A DNA stretch of 64,000 bases, taken from contig NW_027270918.1 in the NCBI RefSeq assembly GCF_040938485.1, positions 4,030,001 to 4,094,000 on the forward strand. The letters are read 5' to 3'. The DNA comes from Diadema antillarum. Taxonomy: Eukaryota. The translations under genes and the position numbers were made by a program. This document shows positions 48,496-59,456 of this stretch, in pieces. Positions within the stretch are counted from its first letter, which is position 1. The number at the start of each line of letters is the position of its first letter. Below the pieces are notes generated by a model. That model was not told the origin of the DNA. It worked only from the letters and a program-made list of their open reading frames with translations, and made no database searches.

Positions 48496-50185
48496 ACGTC
48501 AGACACTAATTAGCATCCCCGTCTCTTGATCGCAAATGATAATTTCCCCTTGATTTGTACGAGAGTGGCCTGTGACGACACTTTGCAGCCGCCGACTTGG
48601 ATCGATCGATAATTGGTAATGATAGCAAATTCTGTTCTCAGTGCAAATCATGTGCAATGTTTTATGGTAACAATGAAAAATCATATTGGCTGATACTGGA
48701 GACACTACAGTTGTAAATTTCATTGCCCAGTGCTTCCATTTGACAACCGTAATGAACGGTGGGGAATATGACATGACGCAAATGGAATTCACTTTATTTG
48801 CTCTTCGGTTCTTACCATGAAAGTAATTGAATGGTTACACTGCTGAAATAGTATTATTAAGCCATTGTTTTTTAAATGGCTTTGAGCCTCTCTGATCCTT
48901 CTTATCTCAAAATTTGCCAAAATTTGATGTAATTTGATGTTTGATTTAATGTATGTGACTCTATACCTTCAAAGGTCTGTCAGTGCAAGCTTTGATATTG
49001 TAAGGAACCAATAAGAATTCAAATTTATATTTCTTTGAAGACAAAGCCAAACTCCTATGTATACTGGCATGGTAGACAATCATGAAATGCAACTTTGTAC
49101 TTATGCTGCTCATATTGAATTAAAAGACTTCCATGAATAATGTCATAATGAGCTATCAGGCAATCTTGAAATTGATTTTTTTTTTTTTTATTTCCTGCCT
49201 AGTAGTTGTGAGAAATGATTGGACAGAACTTACTGAATGTTGTACTCCTGCAGAAGTATGCCTAAAAAGGATCTCAACTGTTTGTAAAATTGTATCAACA
49301 ACCAAATACAGCAACCTTTGTAAAAAATTTGTACATGTATTGGAAAAAACAACAAATGAATACGTACATATACTGTATCAAGATCTATTACAGTGTACAG
49401 GATATACTGCCTTGACTGCATCTGTAATAATGGACATTTCAATATCAGTTGATATGCCAATTATTTAGTTTGTAGCATAGCATGTTTGTTTGTTTTTTGA
49501 TAGACTTCATATATCTGTCTTCCTGCCCATTTAAAGAGGATAATTCAGCAAGGAATTGCGGCTGTACGTCGTCTTTAAAATTGTAGCACTAACTGCTGAC
49601 ACAAAAACATATTTATACACTGTACCAGTAATATGTTGACATTAAAGGATTCTTGCTGCATTAGCCTCTATGTTATGTAGGCCTAGTTGCCAGAAGCTAG
49701 TGTATATCTTAATTTCAATCAACGTGCAACAAAAGCTTCTTGATCCTTCCTATAAAATGGAATCAGTTGTGCAGACAAACAACAGAATATCTGTGGAGAC
49801 CTCTACAAGTGCCATATTTCCACTGCCAGAATGAATGACTAATTTCACCAAAGTGTAGAGATTTTGCAGGTGGCATAGCATATTCATCATTATTGTAATC
49901 ATTTGAATTTTTCACTCAATGTAATTTATGTCTAATACTCAAATTAGAGGAAGGTTTTTTTTCAGCATTTATGTATCCTGTGTTGTGTTATGTGTCAGCA
50001 TGAACATGTATATGCAGTAGTACTGTATGTGTATGTGTGTTCCTGTATGGCAGTTGATTTCAAGTCAATACTGAAGAGGGCCAGTCAGTATGAACATGTT
50101 TGTTTGTTACACGAGGATGGTGTGAGAAGAGTTGCTCATTAGTGTGTGTGTGTGTGTGTGTTGTGTGTGTATGGATGGGTGGGTA

Positions 50186-50389
50186 TACTGTATAAGCTGT
50201 TATTTTCGCGAGGGTTAAATTTTCGCGAATTTAACAACACATGAAAATGCCTCTATGTGCATTTAATAATGCATTAGGGTAAGCGTCCGCGTCGAATCGC
50301 GAAAACATCTCGCGAAAATGTCTATTACCTCATCATTCGTGAAAATAATATCTGTACACAAAAATAACAGCATATACAGGCATACAGTA
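50186..50389. mobile_element. Tc1/mariner-type MITE
   Basis: TACTGTATAAGCTGTTATTTTCGCG...AAAATAACAGCATATACAG; homologous to 5539-5770. Confidence 0.65.
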
Positions 50390-50616
50390 ATTCATTCATT
50401 TGTTGGAAAAAAATGAATCACTCAAACTTCATAGTCACTACAGCACATGACAAGATGTCTTTAGATAATAATAGATACCTGGAAAGAAAATATTTGGTGA
50501 ACTTAAATAATCTTTAATACAATGCATTGTATCACTTTACATCAATGGACATTGTCTTGGATTCTTGCTACAATCTAAGCACAGTTTCTTCCAGCTGACC
50601 AGTTAGGTGTATGTGA

Positions 50617-50709
50617 TTAACCCGTTGAGGATGGGCTGATTTTGCTACAACACAGATTTCCAATAGACATCTACCCAAGTATACTTGTGGCTAGTCTTCA
50701 ACGGGTTAA
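50617..50709. mobile_element. 85-bp piggyBac-type mini-MITE
   Basis: TTAA|CCCGTTGAGGATG...TCTTCAACGGG|TTAA. Confidence 0.8.
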
Positions 50710-52491
50710 AATGCAGGAGGTCTGATTTTGTCCTCTTAGAGATATTCGGAACACCTATGAGCTTATGAAAGAAATTATACACTGCACATGCACCAAATGG
50801 AGAAATTGATCCAAATTTGGATGTTTTTGGTTGTGTCACACAAGTGCAACCATTGCAAGCCTTCTTTGTTTAATCTACCAATGAGCAGAATAAAATGGCA
50901 ACATATTGGGGTCAAAATTAGTCTAGATGCAAATTTTACCACAATGATTAAAGCAGGCAAAGTTCGATTTCTGTGCAGTACAAAATACAGGTGTTGGGAT
51001 TTCAACATGAATGATGTAGCTAGAATTCATTCTTTGTAAAGTTCATTTTAAAGTTAAAATCTTTCTGCACACCTAACTGCAACCAAAAAAGTTAGTACAA
51101 AGTTGTATGGTGTTCTACTACAACACACAAGACATCTGTACCTCCTGTAACTCACATACAGTTTGTACCAACATTTGGTTGAATTCTCAAAATGGTTTGA
51201 CCTGGGATGTCCCTCAAAAGTTCCATAACCGTCTAATTCAAGGAAGCAAACATGCATTATACAGGTAACATATTTATGTTACAAATGGCTACATTACTGT
51301 ACAAATTACTGTATAATGATGATAGTGGTGATGATGAAAATATCAACGAGAATGATACAAATAACCACAACTGTCATAATTAGTTACATGCACTGTAGCA
51401 CAAATTGCACCATTGAAACTGTAACCAAAGTAGTGATGTATACTACACTGTACTGTACAGTAGGCTAATATGTTTCTTGGCATCTTCTTCAAATCAAGGC
51501 CAGCAATTCATCACATTACCAGATCAACACTTACATAGCTCCACATACCAAATTTTATGCAAAACTCCATCCCATGTTTTGAATGTGGGATGGTTTTGAA
51601 TACAGTGTCAACTGTGCAGGACATCAATACACCTGTAAGACATGTTACATGACCATAATTACCAACTCTCCTCCGATCATTCTAGAAGAGGAATTGTTCA
51701 CTTATACAGTGTATGTGTCGTTATGAGAACAAGGCTATTCCAATGGAGTCACAACAAAGATTCTGATACAATGGAACTTTGTTCTGAGAACGGATATATC
51801 AAGATATAACTGGCACATGTATATCAAGGTATATGTAATAATATAGGTCCCTTTCCCTTTGTATTTCATTTGTTTTTTCTTCCTCCCAATGTAATGAGAT
51901 CGGGACATTACAAGGAAATGTCAGTGGTCCCAAGGAGCCCCTGTACATGAAATGAAAAAAATGGGAAAGGAAAGACAATGGCTTATTCACACATTTTTCA
52001 TTGCATCTTTTCAGCCATGTGCCCTTTCACCATGGAATCTGGACAGAGCTGGCCAGGCCAAAGTGCAGATTAACCAGATTAACAGCCTACATTTAGTTTT
52101 ATTCACTGCTTGTATTGATAAGTTGTAGTCAACATAAATTTGAATGCAAACAACAGTGAATTATGTAGAGATTGGGTCCAAGGAAGAATGCAAGTCATTC
52201 CACAGGTCATGAATGCACACTCGGCCTAAAAATGATCATACTTTAGGAATGATGAAGCAGAAAAATCAAGATTGGTCGAGAGTGTACGCTTTATCAGGCA
52301 TTTATTTTATCGAACACGTACGGTGTAATTTTACTCACGACTGGTCAAAAGTAAAGTAAAATGACCGGTTGCAGTGACTGGTCAAACCAGGCAGAATGTT
52401 CATGGATTCTAAGATGAGTATGATTCTTCAAATGACAAAGATCTGCTTCATTATTATAATTATACAACAAGTAATGCACGCCACTTTGTTC

Positions 52492-52616
52492 GGGCATTAG
52501 CATAATTAGTTACCCACACTCGGTACCTTTGAAACAGTCCAAACACCCTCAGCTATTGTCTTGGGTACATTCACTGTTCCAAAGATACCGTGTATGGATA
52601 ATTCTTATTAATGCCC
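52492..52616. repeat. About 125-bp imperfect palindrome, probably an old hairpin MITE
   Basis: GGGCATTA...CGGTACCTTTGAAACAGT / ACTGTTCCAAAGATACCG...TAATGCCC. Confidence 0.5.
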
Positions 52617-52802
52617 TCGCTGATGTGAATTATTTCTATGATTATACCAGGTTACATGGGCAAAGAAGTACAGTCAACCTTGCCTAAGTAGAATCTATTT
52701 GGACTGAAGAAATAGCTTCGACTCAGAGAAAATTCAACTTATGAGGGATTAAAATCCATAGAATATAAAGAGGACTTAAAAAGACCTTTGACATAAACTT
52801 TA

Positions 52803-53426
52803 TTAAAGGGCAAATTCAGTCCAAATATAAGTTAGTGGGATAAAACAGAGTAAAATCTTACGAGTTCAACAGTAAAAATTTGACTGAAATCGGATGAAAA
52901 ATAAGGAAGTTACGACATTTTGAAGTTTTACTAATTTCACGAAAAAAAAGTTCTTGCACACTAGCAGTGGATATGAATATGCACATGAGTGAGCTACCAT
53001 GTCATACCCTCACAATTTTCCACTGATCATGTACAAAAAAAGGATGAAAATTCAATGTTTCTGTCACTGAAATCAGAAACATGATGTTATTCCTGGTTGA
53101 ATAACTTCAGAATTGATCAGTTAGATATACCAGGATTTGAGCCTGGGGCATAATTGCGTTTGAATGAAAAACTGAAAATTTCACAATTTTATGTACAAAT
53201 TATATCATGGCAAGTTGTGAGGGGATGACATGCTCACTTTGCCATTTGCACATTCGAATTGACTGTTCAAGAACCGTTTCCTGAAATATTAGCGAAACTT
53301 CGAAATACATTGTATCATAACTTCCTTATTTTTCACCCGATTTCGATCAAAATTTTACCATTGAACTCATAATATCTTACTCTAAATATCAGGCCCACTT
53401 AAACTCAACTCGAATTGCCCTATTAA
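52803..53426. mobile_element. Kolobok-like non-autonomous element with long imperfect TIRs
   Basis: TTAA|AGGGCAAATTC...AATCGGATGAAAAATAAGGAAGTT on the left is mirrored by AACTTCCTTATTTTTCACCCGATTT...GAATTGCCC.A|TTAA on the right. Confidence 0.65.
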
Positions 53427-53820
53427 ATATACTTGTTCTTCTTGGTTGTGTTTTTGTTTTCTCAAACAAAGAGCACTGTGTTTATAATTGCATATCCAGT
53501 GACAAAAAGAAAAATCACACACAACAACCCAAAACAAGCACATGTAATAACAGTGCCTATAGGCATACAGTGAAAGTTAACAGTTTGTTATATCTGAACC
53601 TTTGGTTAGCAACAATATCTGGTTGGCTAGAATTTCTTTCTTTTCATCCTCTTCCAGATTGGGAAGGAGAGTGACAGAAATTCTCCATGGCCATGATAGC
53701 ACATCAAAAGGGTCTGCACTGTAAAGTCAGTCAGAACGTAAACGCTTTCAACATCCAGCCATCGGATTTCTGACCATGTCTAAACCAATGAGTTAAATAA
53801 ACTGCAGAAATTAGAAAACA

Positions 53821-54111
53821 TCATCTCGACGAGTCTTTTCCGGAATCTGATGGTGACGGTGGTTCACTGTCCCTAACTTCCTCCGTGAATGTGCCTGCCC
53901 GATCGACGCTGCTGCTCTGGAGCATCTTGAGCTGTCGCTCCGCCCTGCGAATCATGTGCTCAATTCGCATCAAATCCGTGCGGGGTATCTTTGCCGCCTT
54001 CCTGAATTCGTACTGGATCTGTGGACGCACCCCAGGTTTGTTCTCGGCGACTCTCAGAAAGGACTTATACAGCCGGAGGACTTGGAGTTGAAGCTTGCTG
54101 TGTCGTGCCAT
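53821..54111 (-). CDS. SDHAF1: Succinate dehydrogenase assembly factor 1 (LYR-motif protein), 96 aa
   Basis: MARHSKLQLQVLRLYKSFLRVAENKPG...EFRKAAKIPRTDLMRIEHMIRRAERQLKML closely follows human SDHAF1 ([20 protein letters not shown]...[27 protein letters not shown]). There is an acceptor ttctacag| before 54166 and a probable 5' UTR donor GAG|gtaact at 54742/54741. Confidence 0.93.
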   Translation of the reverse strand: MARHSKLQLQVLRLYKSFLRVAENKPGVRPQIQYEFRKAAKIPRTDLMRIEHMIRRAERQLKMLQSSSVDRAGTFTEEVRDSEPPSPSDSGKDSSR

Positions 54112-54559
54112 CCTCAGAAATGTAATCTTCAGTGCATGGTGGCCAACAGACAGATGCTGGAAATGGCTGTAGAACACACAGAAAATAAAATAATTACCCG
54201 GTATATTAATTAACAGTCCTGTACCTTTTCATATACACTTTCACATTGCAAGAAGCAACTCCTGGAGATCTTCTAACAGTTTAAAACAAGAAATCTTAGT
54301 GGTCTGGCTTATCAATATTAGATAGGAATTGACACATTTTCAAAAACACAATCTACTGACAAGTCATGTGATAAGTATGGACATCGACATGGTATGACCT
54401 TCAATCATAGATCTTCATAGAAGATGGGGTGTTGCCAACCTGACCCTCCCTCCCCCCCCCCCCCCCCCCCAATTTATGATGATGCCTTGGATCATCTAAG
54501 ATTCCCTGAGAAGAAGCAGCTTGGGCCAGTTGGGTGTGCAACTCCGACACCACACAAGG

Positions 54560-54960
54560 CGCGCCCAGCAAGGATAAGGGGGTACGGTTGGGCGAAGCCA
54601 CAACGGGACACACGGCCGGTGACCGCGGGCGAGCAGGCGGGCGCAGGCGGGCCGGACGAGACGATCAGGACGGCTGTACCCATCACAATACAGAGCTGAG
54701 GCAGGGAGAGAAATTTGCGCTTTCTGGAGAACCGCAGTTACCTCGTTTGAAGTACCGAATTTCTTCTGTGTCTGACTAAATTAGGATCGCCTCTGCCTGC
54801 CGAACTGTCACCGATTACCAGGGAATAATTACGGCTTCGTTATCCTGAAATTTGAGGTGATTCCAGCATCCGTCGCAGTGATGCCCGTAATGCAGTAACT
54901 GACCCCACGGCATAAATGCAGTTACACGTGCCTTATTCAGTCCCAGACGCTAGTATTCGA
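54560..54960. promoter_or_regulatory. CpG-rich candidate bidirectional promoter for SDHAF1 (-) and TMEM187 (+)
   Basis: GC/CpG-dense island containing the SDHAF1 5' UTR donor. It is the nearest promoter-like region upstream of the TMEM187 acceptor at 58609. Confidence 0.5.
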
Positions 54961-55208
54961 GTTTGTATACAATTTAACGTTACTGTTCCCCTTGTGAGCT
55001 GTGCAGCTGTGCTGCTTCATGTCATGCTTCAATGAATTGTGCTCGACGTCTAGCCTAGACTAGCTAGAGCCTTGTGTTTTTTTCTTTGTCAGATAGTCAC
55101 TATTGTATTACAGCTTCATCAGGTCACTCCGCTCCATTCCATACAACCGCCAATTTTACCAGCAATTATTAATAGGCAGCATCTGTTTCATATTAATAGT
55201 CATACTAT

Positions 55209-55679
55209 TTTAGCGAGTGGTATTATGATAATTGTGTAGTGGTAGCAACACCTACTCACTAATTAATTAAGGTCGTATACACTATAGGAAATGAAGACAT
55301 CGAGCCACTCCGAGCGTACATTGTAGATTGGATGGTTTATTAGAGGCTCTGCACCAAGTTGTGGGAGCCAGTCACTGATGTGACGACGGTGAAATTGTGA
55401 TACACTCTGCCTTTTTACACAAAGAGCAGTCGATATTTATACATGTACAGGAGGTGACTCACCTCTCTGGTATCAGACAGTGAAACAAACAAGTGGTCAG
55501 TGTTGTCAAGCGGTTACCTTGGAATTGTTTTGAAGAGAACCAGCGGGGAGGATTAATGACCCACAGAGAGAGGAGGAGAGAGAGTGAGAGTGCATGTGTG
55601 GAAGACGGAGATCAGAGGTCGGAGCGGAGAGAAGGAGATTGTGGAGGAGAAAGAAGCAGAGAAAAGTTGAGCTGCTACA
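55209..55679 (-). repeat. 3' LTR
   Basis: Same sequence as the 5' LTR, preceded by the PPT. Minus-strand TATA box at 55441-55434 and AATAAA at 55341-55336. AP-1 site TGACTCA sits inside the palindrome GAGGTGACTCACCTC. Confidence 0.92.
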
Positions 55680-57525
55680 GTAGCTCCCCCCTAGTGAGCT
55701 TCTCGAAAGGTGAAGGAGAGATGTGAACGATAGAAAATGTAAAAGTATGCAGCGAGGCTAGAGTACATGTAGAAATTATAAAACGTACTGAATGGTTTGG
55801 AAAACGTACATGCTAACATTCGTTCAAATGTTAAATTTCGTGAACCGTTGTAAGGCATGAAACGCGCTATGTAATCGTATACATGACAATGCCAAAGTGA
55901 ACGTGGTTCGAGAAATGCAAACGAACAAATGTCAATTATGCTGAATCGTTTCAAAGCAATGAACTTATCAAATTGTATGCGTCATTTACAATTAAAATGC
56001 ATGGGATTTGGTAAACGTATGAACAATTGGAATTTGCACACAATAATTCTGTCAATTTACATGTTTTCGTTTCAAGATGACGATACAAAAATAATCACTG
56101 GCAGTTTGACGCGTGTCGTTGCAGGCAGTGTTTATAAACCGTGTTATCGCATATCGAAAGGCAACATAGAAATTTAGAGAATTAAAGCATGATCATCAGA
56201 TCATAGTACAATTGAAATGTGCAAGGTGATGCTTACTTGACAGACATGATAAAGTAATCACGATACAAACGGTGAAATGAGTGTCCAACACGAATGTCCT
56301 GAATATGACTGAGTCTTTTTATCGCTTGCGATTATAACGTGCTCGGGTAAGTCCGGCTATCGCGGTTGACGAAGACTGTAGTGAGTAGGACGTGGCGTGG
56401 GCGAGAGTCGGGATGAACGGATGCGATGTCGATGTCAGATTGTCAGCTATCAACGGTCTCTCGACAGGACAGTGAGTCGCCTGGAGATGTCGTGTTGATA
56501 GTCGGCAAGCGCGAGATGGCCAGCGGCAGCAGCGAGTCGTGCCGGTAGAAGCCGATGCGCGATGTGTTCGAGGTCGAGCCAAAGTTAGGCGGAGGGCGAT
56601 CGAGAGTTCGTGATGGTCGATGCGGCAACGGTCGGCGACGTCGAGTCGTATCGTGGCGTTGCGAGAGTTGAGCGATTCGTACCGCGGTGTGTCGTATCGT
56701 GTCGAAGCGACAGCTGTTGAGCAATTCGTATCATATCGTGTCGAGAGTTCGAGCGATTCGAATGGCGTAGTGCGGTTGAAGGCGGAGACAATGCTGGCAG
56801 GTGTCGGTGTCAGTGCGGCGATTAGGCGTTCGTGGATGTCGATCGTGCGTGCCTGCCGAAGGAACCGTCGAGGCGTGCGGCGGGTGAGTAGACGGCGGGC
56901 GTCATCATGGCGGGCAAAAACATGCAGCGTGCTCGTTGCGATGGCATGTTCGAAATCGATTGGCGTTGGCGTGGCGGGCGATGTCGTCGTCGACTGCGTT
57001 GTGACGTACAAAAAATGAGCGTATTTGCCGGCGTAAGTGATGGCAGGTCGAAATCGTCGAATAAATGTCAGTTCATCAGGGCGCGATGAATTTCCCCGGC
57101 AGTAAGCGTAACATGGTTCAGAGAACCAGTTGAGTAGGGGAGTAGCTCATGACTAGAGAGGCGTGGTTGAAATGTCGATATGTGTGTCGATGAAATGCGT
57201 GCACGAGATCGAGGGAAAGTCCTTTAGGTGAATGTATTGAGGGAGTGGCCGCGTGCTGGTCGAGTGCATGTGGCAGCGCCGCAGCGGGCCGGTGATGAGA
57301 AAAAGGAGCGATCCCGTTGATGCAAAGTTGAGTGGTGCATATCGAAAAGCAAATTACAGTGATGCAGAAAATCGGCTCCGAGAAAGGGGAGATAGACTTA
57401 GGCAATCAGGAATATCCATCTCAAGGTGCAGAGAGGCAGTAGTGTCGGCAGCCATTGTTGAGGCAAGCTCGGGCGTGGTTGGAGTTGATGTGTCAGTCAT
57501 GATTGCTGCGTTGTTGTTCGTAATA

Positions 57526-57536
57526 CGGGGTCACCA
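57526..57536 (-). other. Primer-binding site complementary to the tRNA-Trp 3' end
   Basis: TGGTGACCCCG is the complement of ...CGGGGUCACCA-3' of eukaryotic tRNA-Trp (11-nt match). Confidence 0.85.
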
Positions 57537-57537
57537 A

Positions 57538-58008
57538 TTTAGCGAGTGGTATTATGATAATTGTGTAGTGGTAGCAACACCTACTCACTAATTAATTAAG
57601 GTCGTATACACTATAGGAAATGAAGACATCGAGCCACTCCGAGCGTACATTGTAGATTGGATGGTTTATTAGAGGCTCTGCACCAAGTTGTGGGAGCCAG
57701 TCACTGATGTGACGACGGTGAAATTGTGATACACTCTGCCTTTTTACACAAAGAGCAGTCGATATTTATACATGTACAGGAGGTGACTCACCTCTCTGGT
57801 ATCAGACAGTGAAACAAACAAGTGGTCAGTGTTGTCAAGCGGTTACCTTGGAATTGTTTTGAAGAGAACCAGCGGGGAGGATTAATGACCCACAGAGAGA
57901 GGAGGAGAGAGAGTGAGAGTGCATGTGTGGAAGACGGAGATCAGAGGTCGGAGCGGAGAGAAGGAGATTGTGGAGGAGAAAGAAGCAGAGAAAAGTTGAG
58001 CTGCTACA
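57538..58008 (-). repeat. 5' LTR
   Basis: Starts TGTAGCAG on the minus strand, contains TATAAATA then AATAAA, and is followed 1 nt later by the PBS. Confidence 0.92.
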
Positions 58009-58625
58009 CTATTATTAAACTCAAATAAAACTGGTGTAAACTTTCTACTAGTGTCAGACAGTGGTAGAATCTACCAGTATCTAGGCAAAATGTGTACAAT
58101 ATAGGCTTGTCTTTGATTGACCTATGTTGATATGAATCTGTTGTATTGTGATTTAAAAAGGAAGATAAATCTTGGGCTATAGGTATAATGGTGTAAAGAC
58201 AGTGACTCTGGGCCTACTGAAAATCATACCACATACTACTGCATGATACTACCTGCCACAATGAACTGATATGTAGAAAAAAAAACATGATATGGAATTC
58301 AATCAATGTCATGGAACTCATCTCGACAAAATTGCCAGCCTTTACAAATGCTGGGATAGTCTGTAATTTTCATGTCATCTTTGCAATGATTTAAGTACCG
58401 GTACCCGGTACTGTCATACCTGGTAAGGTGTGTGTTGCCAAGATAGATCTTAATCTGCTGCACCTGCAGAACTTCAGAAGATTCTGCCTCAAAATCCCCT
58501 CACTAGCAGTGTGACATCTTGTGCCATGAATAATGATTGTCATCACATGTGTTTGGCTGTTTAATTGAGACAGCATTTTTTTTCTGCTTCCTTTGCTTCT
58601 ATATCATAGATCAAAAGACAAAGTA

Positions 58626-59456
58626 ATGGCATCATTCAACTACCCAGTGCTCCAGTCATTTGTGTCAGTTGTTGTTCCCTTGACACTCATGATACTGATA
58701 GTTTACTCCGGGATCTTTGATCATATCGAAGTGGAGACAGGATATGACCACTATGCTGAGGCAGCTGATTCCACGCTTGGACCGATCCAATTTCCAGCCA
58801 GCATAAAGATGCCTGCAAACGCCCTGGTCAACATAGGATACCCCCTGGTGGCGCTGTACTGGGGGGTGTACACCTTTATGTTTAACAGCAAGCTGACTTC
58901 CATCCAGAACCTTGATGCCTATCTGTTGTATGTCATGGTCTGGATGATTTTCCTGTACGGGCCAGTACAATTCGTCAGGATCGTGACGCAGACGCGAGAG
59001 TGGGCCTTTCTGGATCAGTGGGTCACCCTCCCCATCTTCGGCTGGGTGATGGTGATCAGCAAGACGATGATGACAGAGTGGCAGCCGAAGGTGGCCGCGC
59101 TCACCATGGCAGCATCCATCATGAGCTACAATCTCGTCTTCACAATTGAGCATGGCTTTGAAGTGGCCCTCTTGCCTCACGTTGTGTATGCCATATCGTC
59201 TGGCTGGAGTGCCACAAAGAAATACACACCACCTGGTTACATGAGGAACTTTGTGGCAGCTGTCTTGACTTGTGCTGGGTTTGTGCTTCTCAAAGTGGCT
59301 GACTTTCATCTCGCTCAGTACAAACCCTTCCAGGACCTAACCGGTCACTTTTGGTCCAAGGTGTGTGATGTTCTGCAGGCCCACTATGTGCTTAAGCTGT
59401 TTTTTAGCATAAGTGTTGTGAGAGGAGCACGAAATCTGGCAAAGAAGTTGTTCTGA
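58626..59456 (+). CDS. TMEM187: Transmembrane protein 187, 276 aa, single coding exon
   Basis: Family blocks GIFD..VETGYDHYAE, MPANALVNIGY, LYGPVQ, LDQWVTLPIF, GFEVAL..HV, GFVLLK..D..L and LTGHFWSKVCDVLQ.H match human TMEM187. Acceptor tatcatag| ends at 58609; ATG at 58626. Confidence 0.93.
   Translation: MASFNYPVLQSFVSVVVPLTLMILIVYSGIFDHIEVETGYDHYAEAADSTLGPIQFPASIKMPANALVNIGYPLVALYWGVYTFMFNSKLTSIQNLDAYLLYVMVWMIFLYGPVQFVRIVTQTREWAFLDQWVTLPIFGWVMVISKTMMTEWQPKVAALTMAASIMSYNLVFTIEHGFEVALLPHVVYAISSGWSATKKYTPPGYMRNFVAAVLTCAGFVLLKVADFHLAQYKPFQDLTGHFWSKVCDVLQAHYVLKLFFSISVVRGARNLAKKLF

Larger units (their letters stand above)
55209..58008 (-). mobile_element. Non-autonomous LTR retroelement (TRIM/LARD-like, probably Ty3/gypsy-derived), 2800 bp
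   Basis: Direct repeats at 55209-55679 and 57538-58008 (471 bp, no difference seen by eye). TSD CTAT at 55205-55208 and 58009-58012 (CTATT is also possible). Minus-strand PBS TGGTGACCCCG at 57536-57526 and PPT AGGGGGGAG at 55692-55684. No gag/pol motifs. Confidence 0.93.

Noticed and set aside
52492-52616. Hairpin as a possible pre-miRNA
   Set aside because: The inverted repeat extends to GGG...CCC termini over about 125 bp like a MITE, and neither arm matches a miRNA I recognise.
54476-54509. ATGATGA...CTGA as a C/D-box snoRNA
   Set aside because: The boxes are only about 25 nt apart, there is no terminal stem, and it is antisense to the SDHAF1 intron.
55493-55726. Duplicated ORF MVSVVKRLPW... 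(also 57822-58028) as a gene duplication
   Set aside because: It is the GA-rich antisense strand of the two LTRs.
56620-57591. Plus-strand ORFs inside the LTR element
   Set aside because: Antisense to the orientation defined by PBS, PPT, TATA and poly(A); low complexity with no homology.
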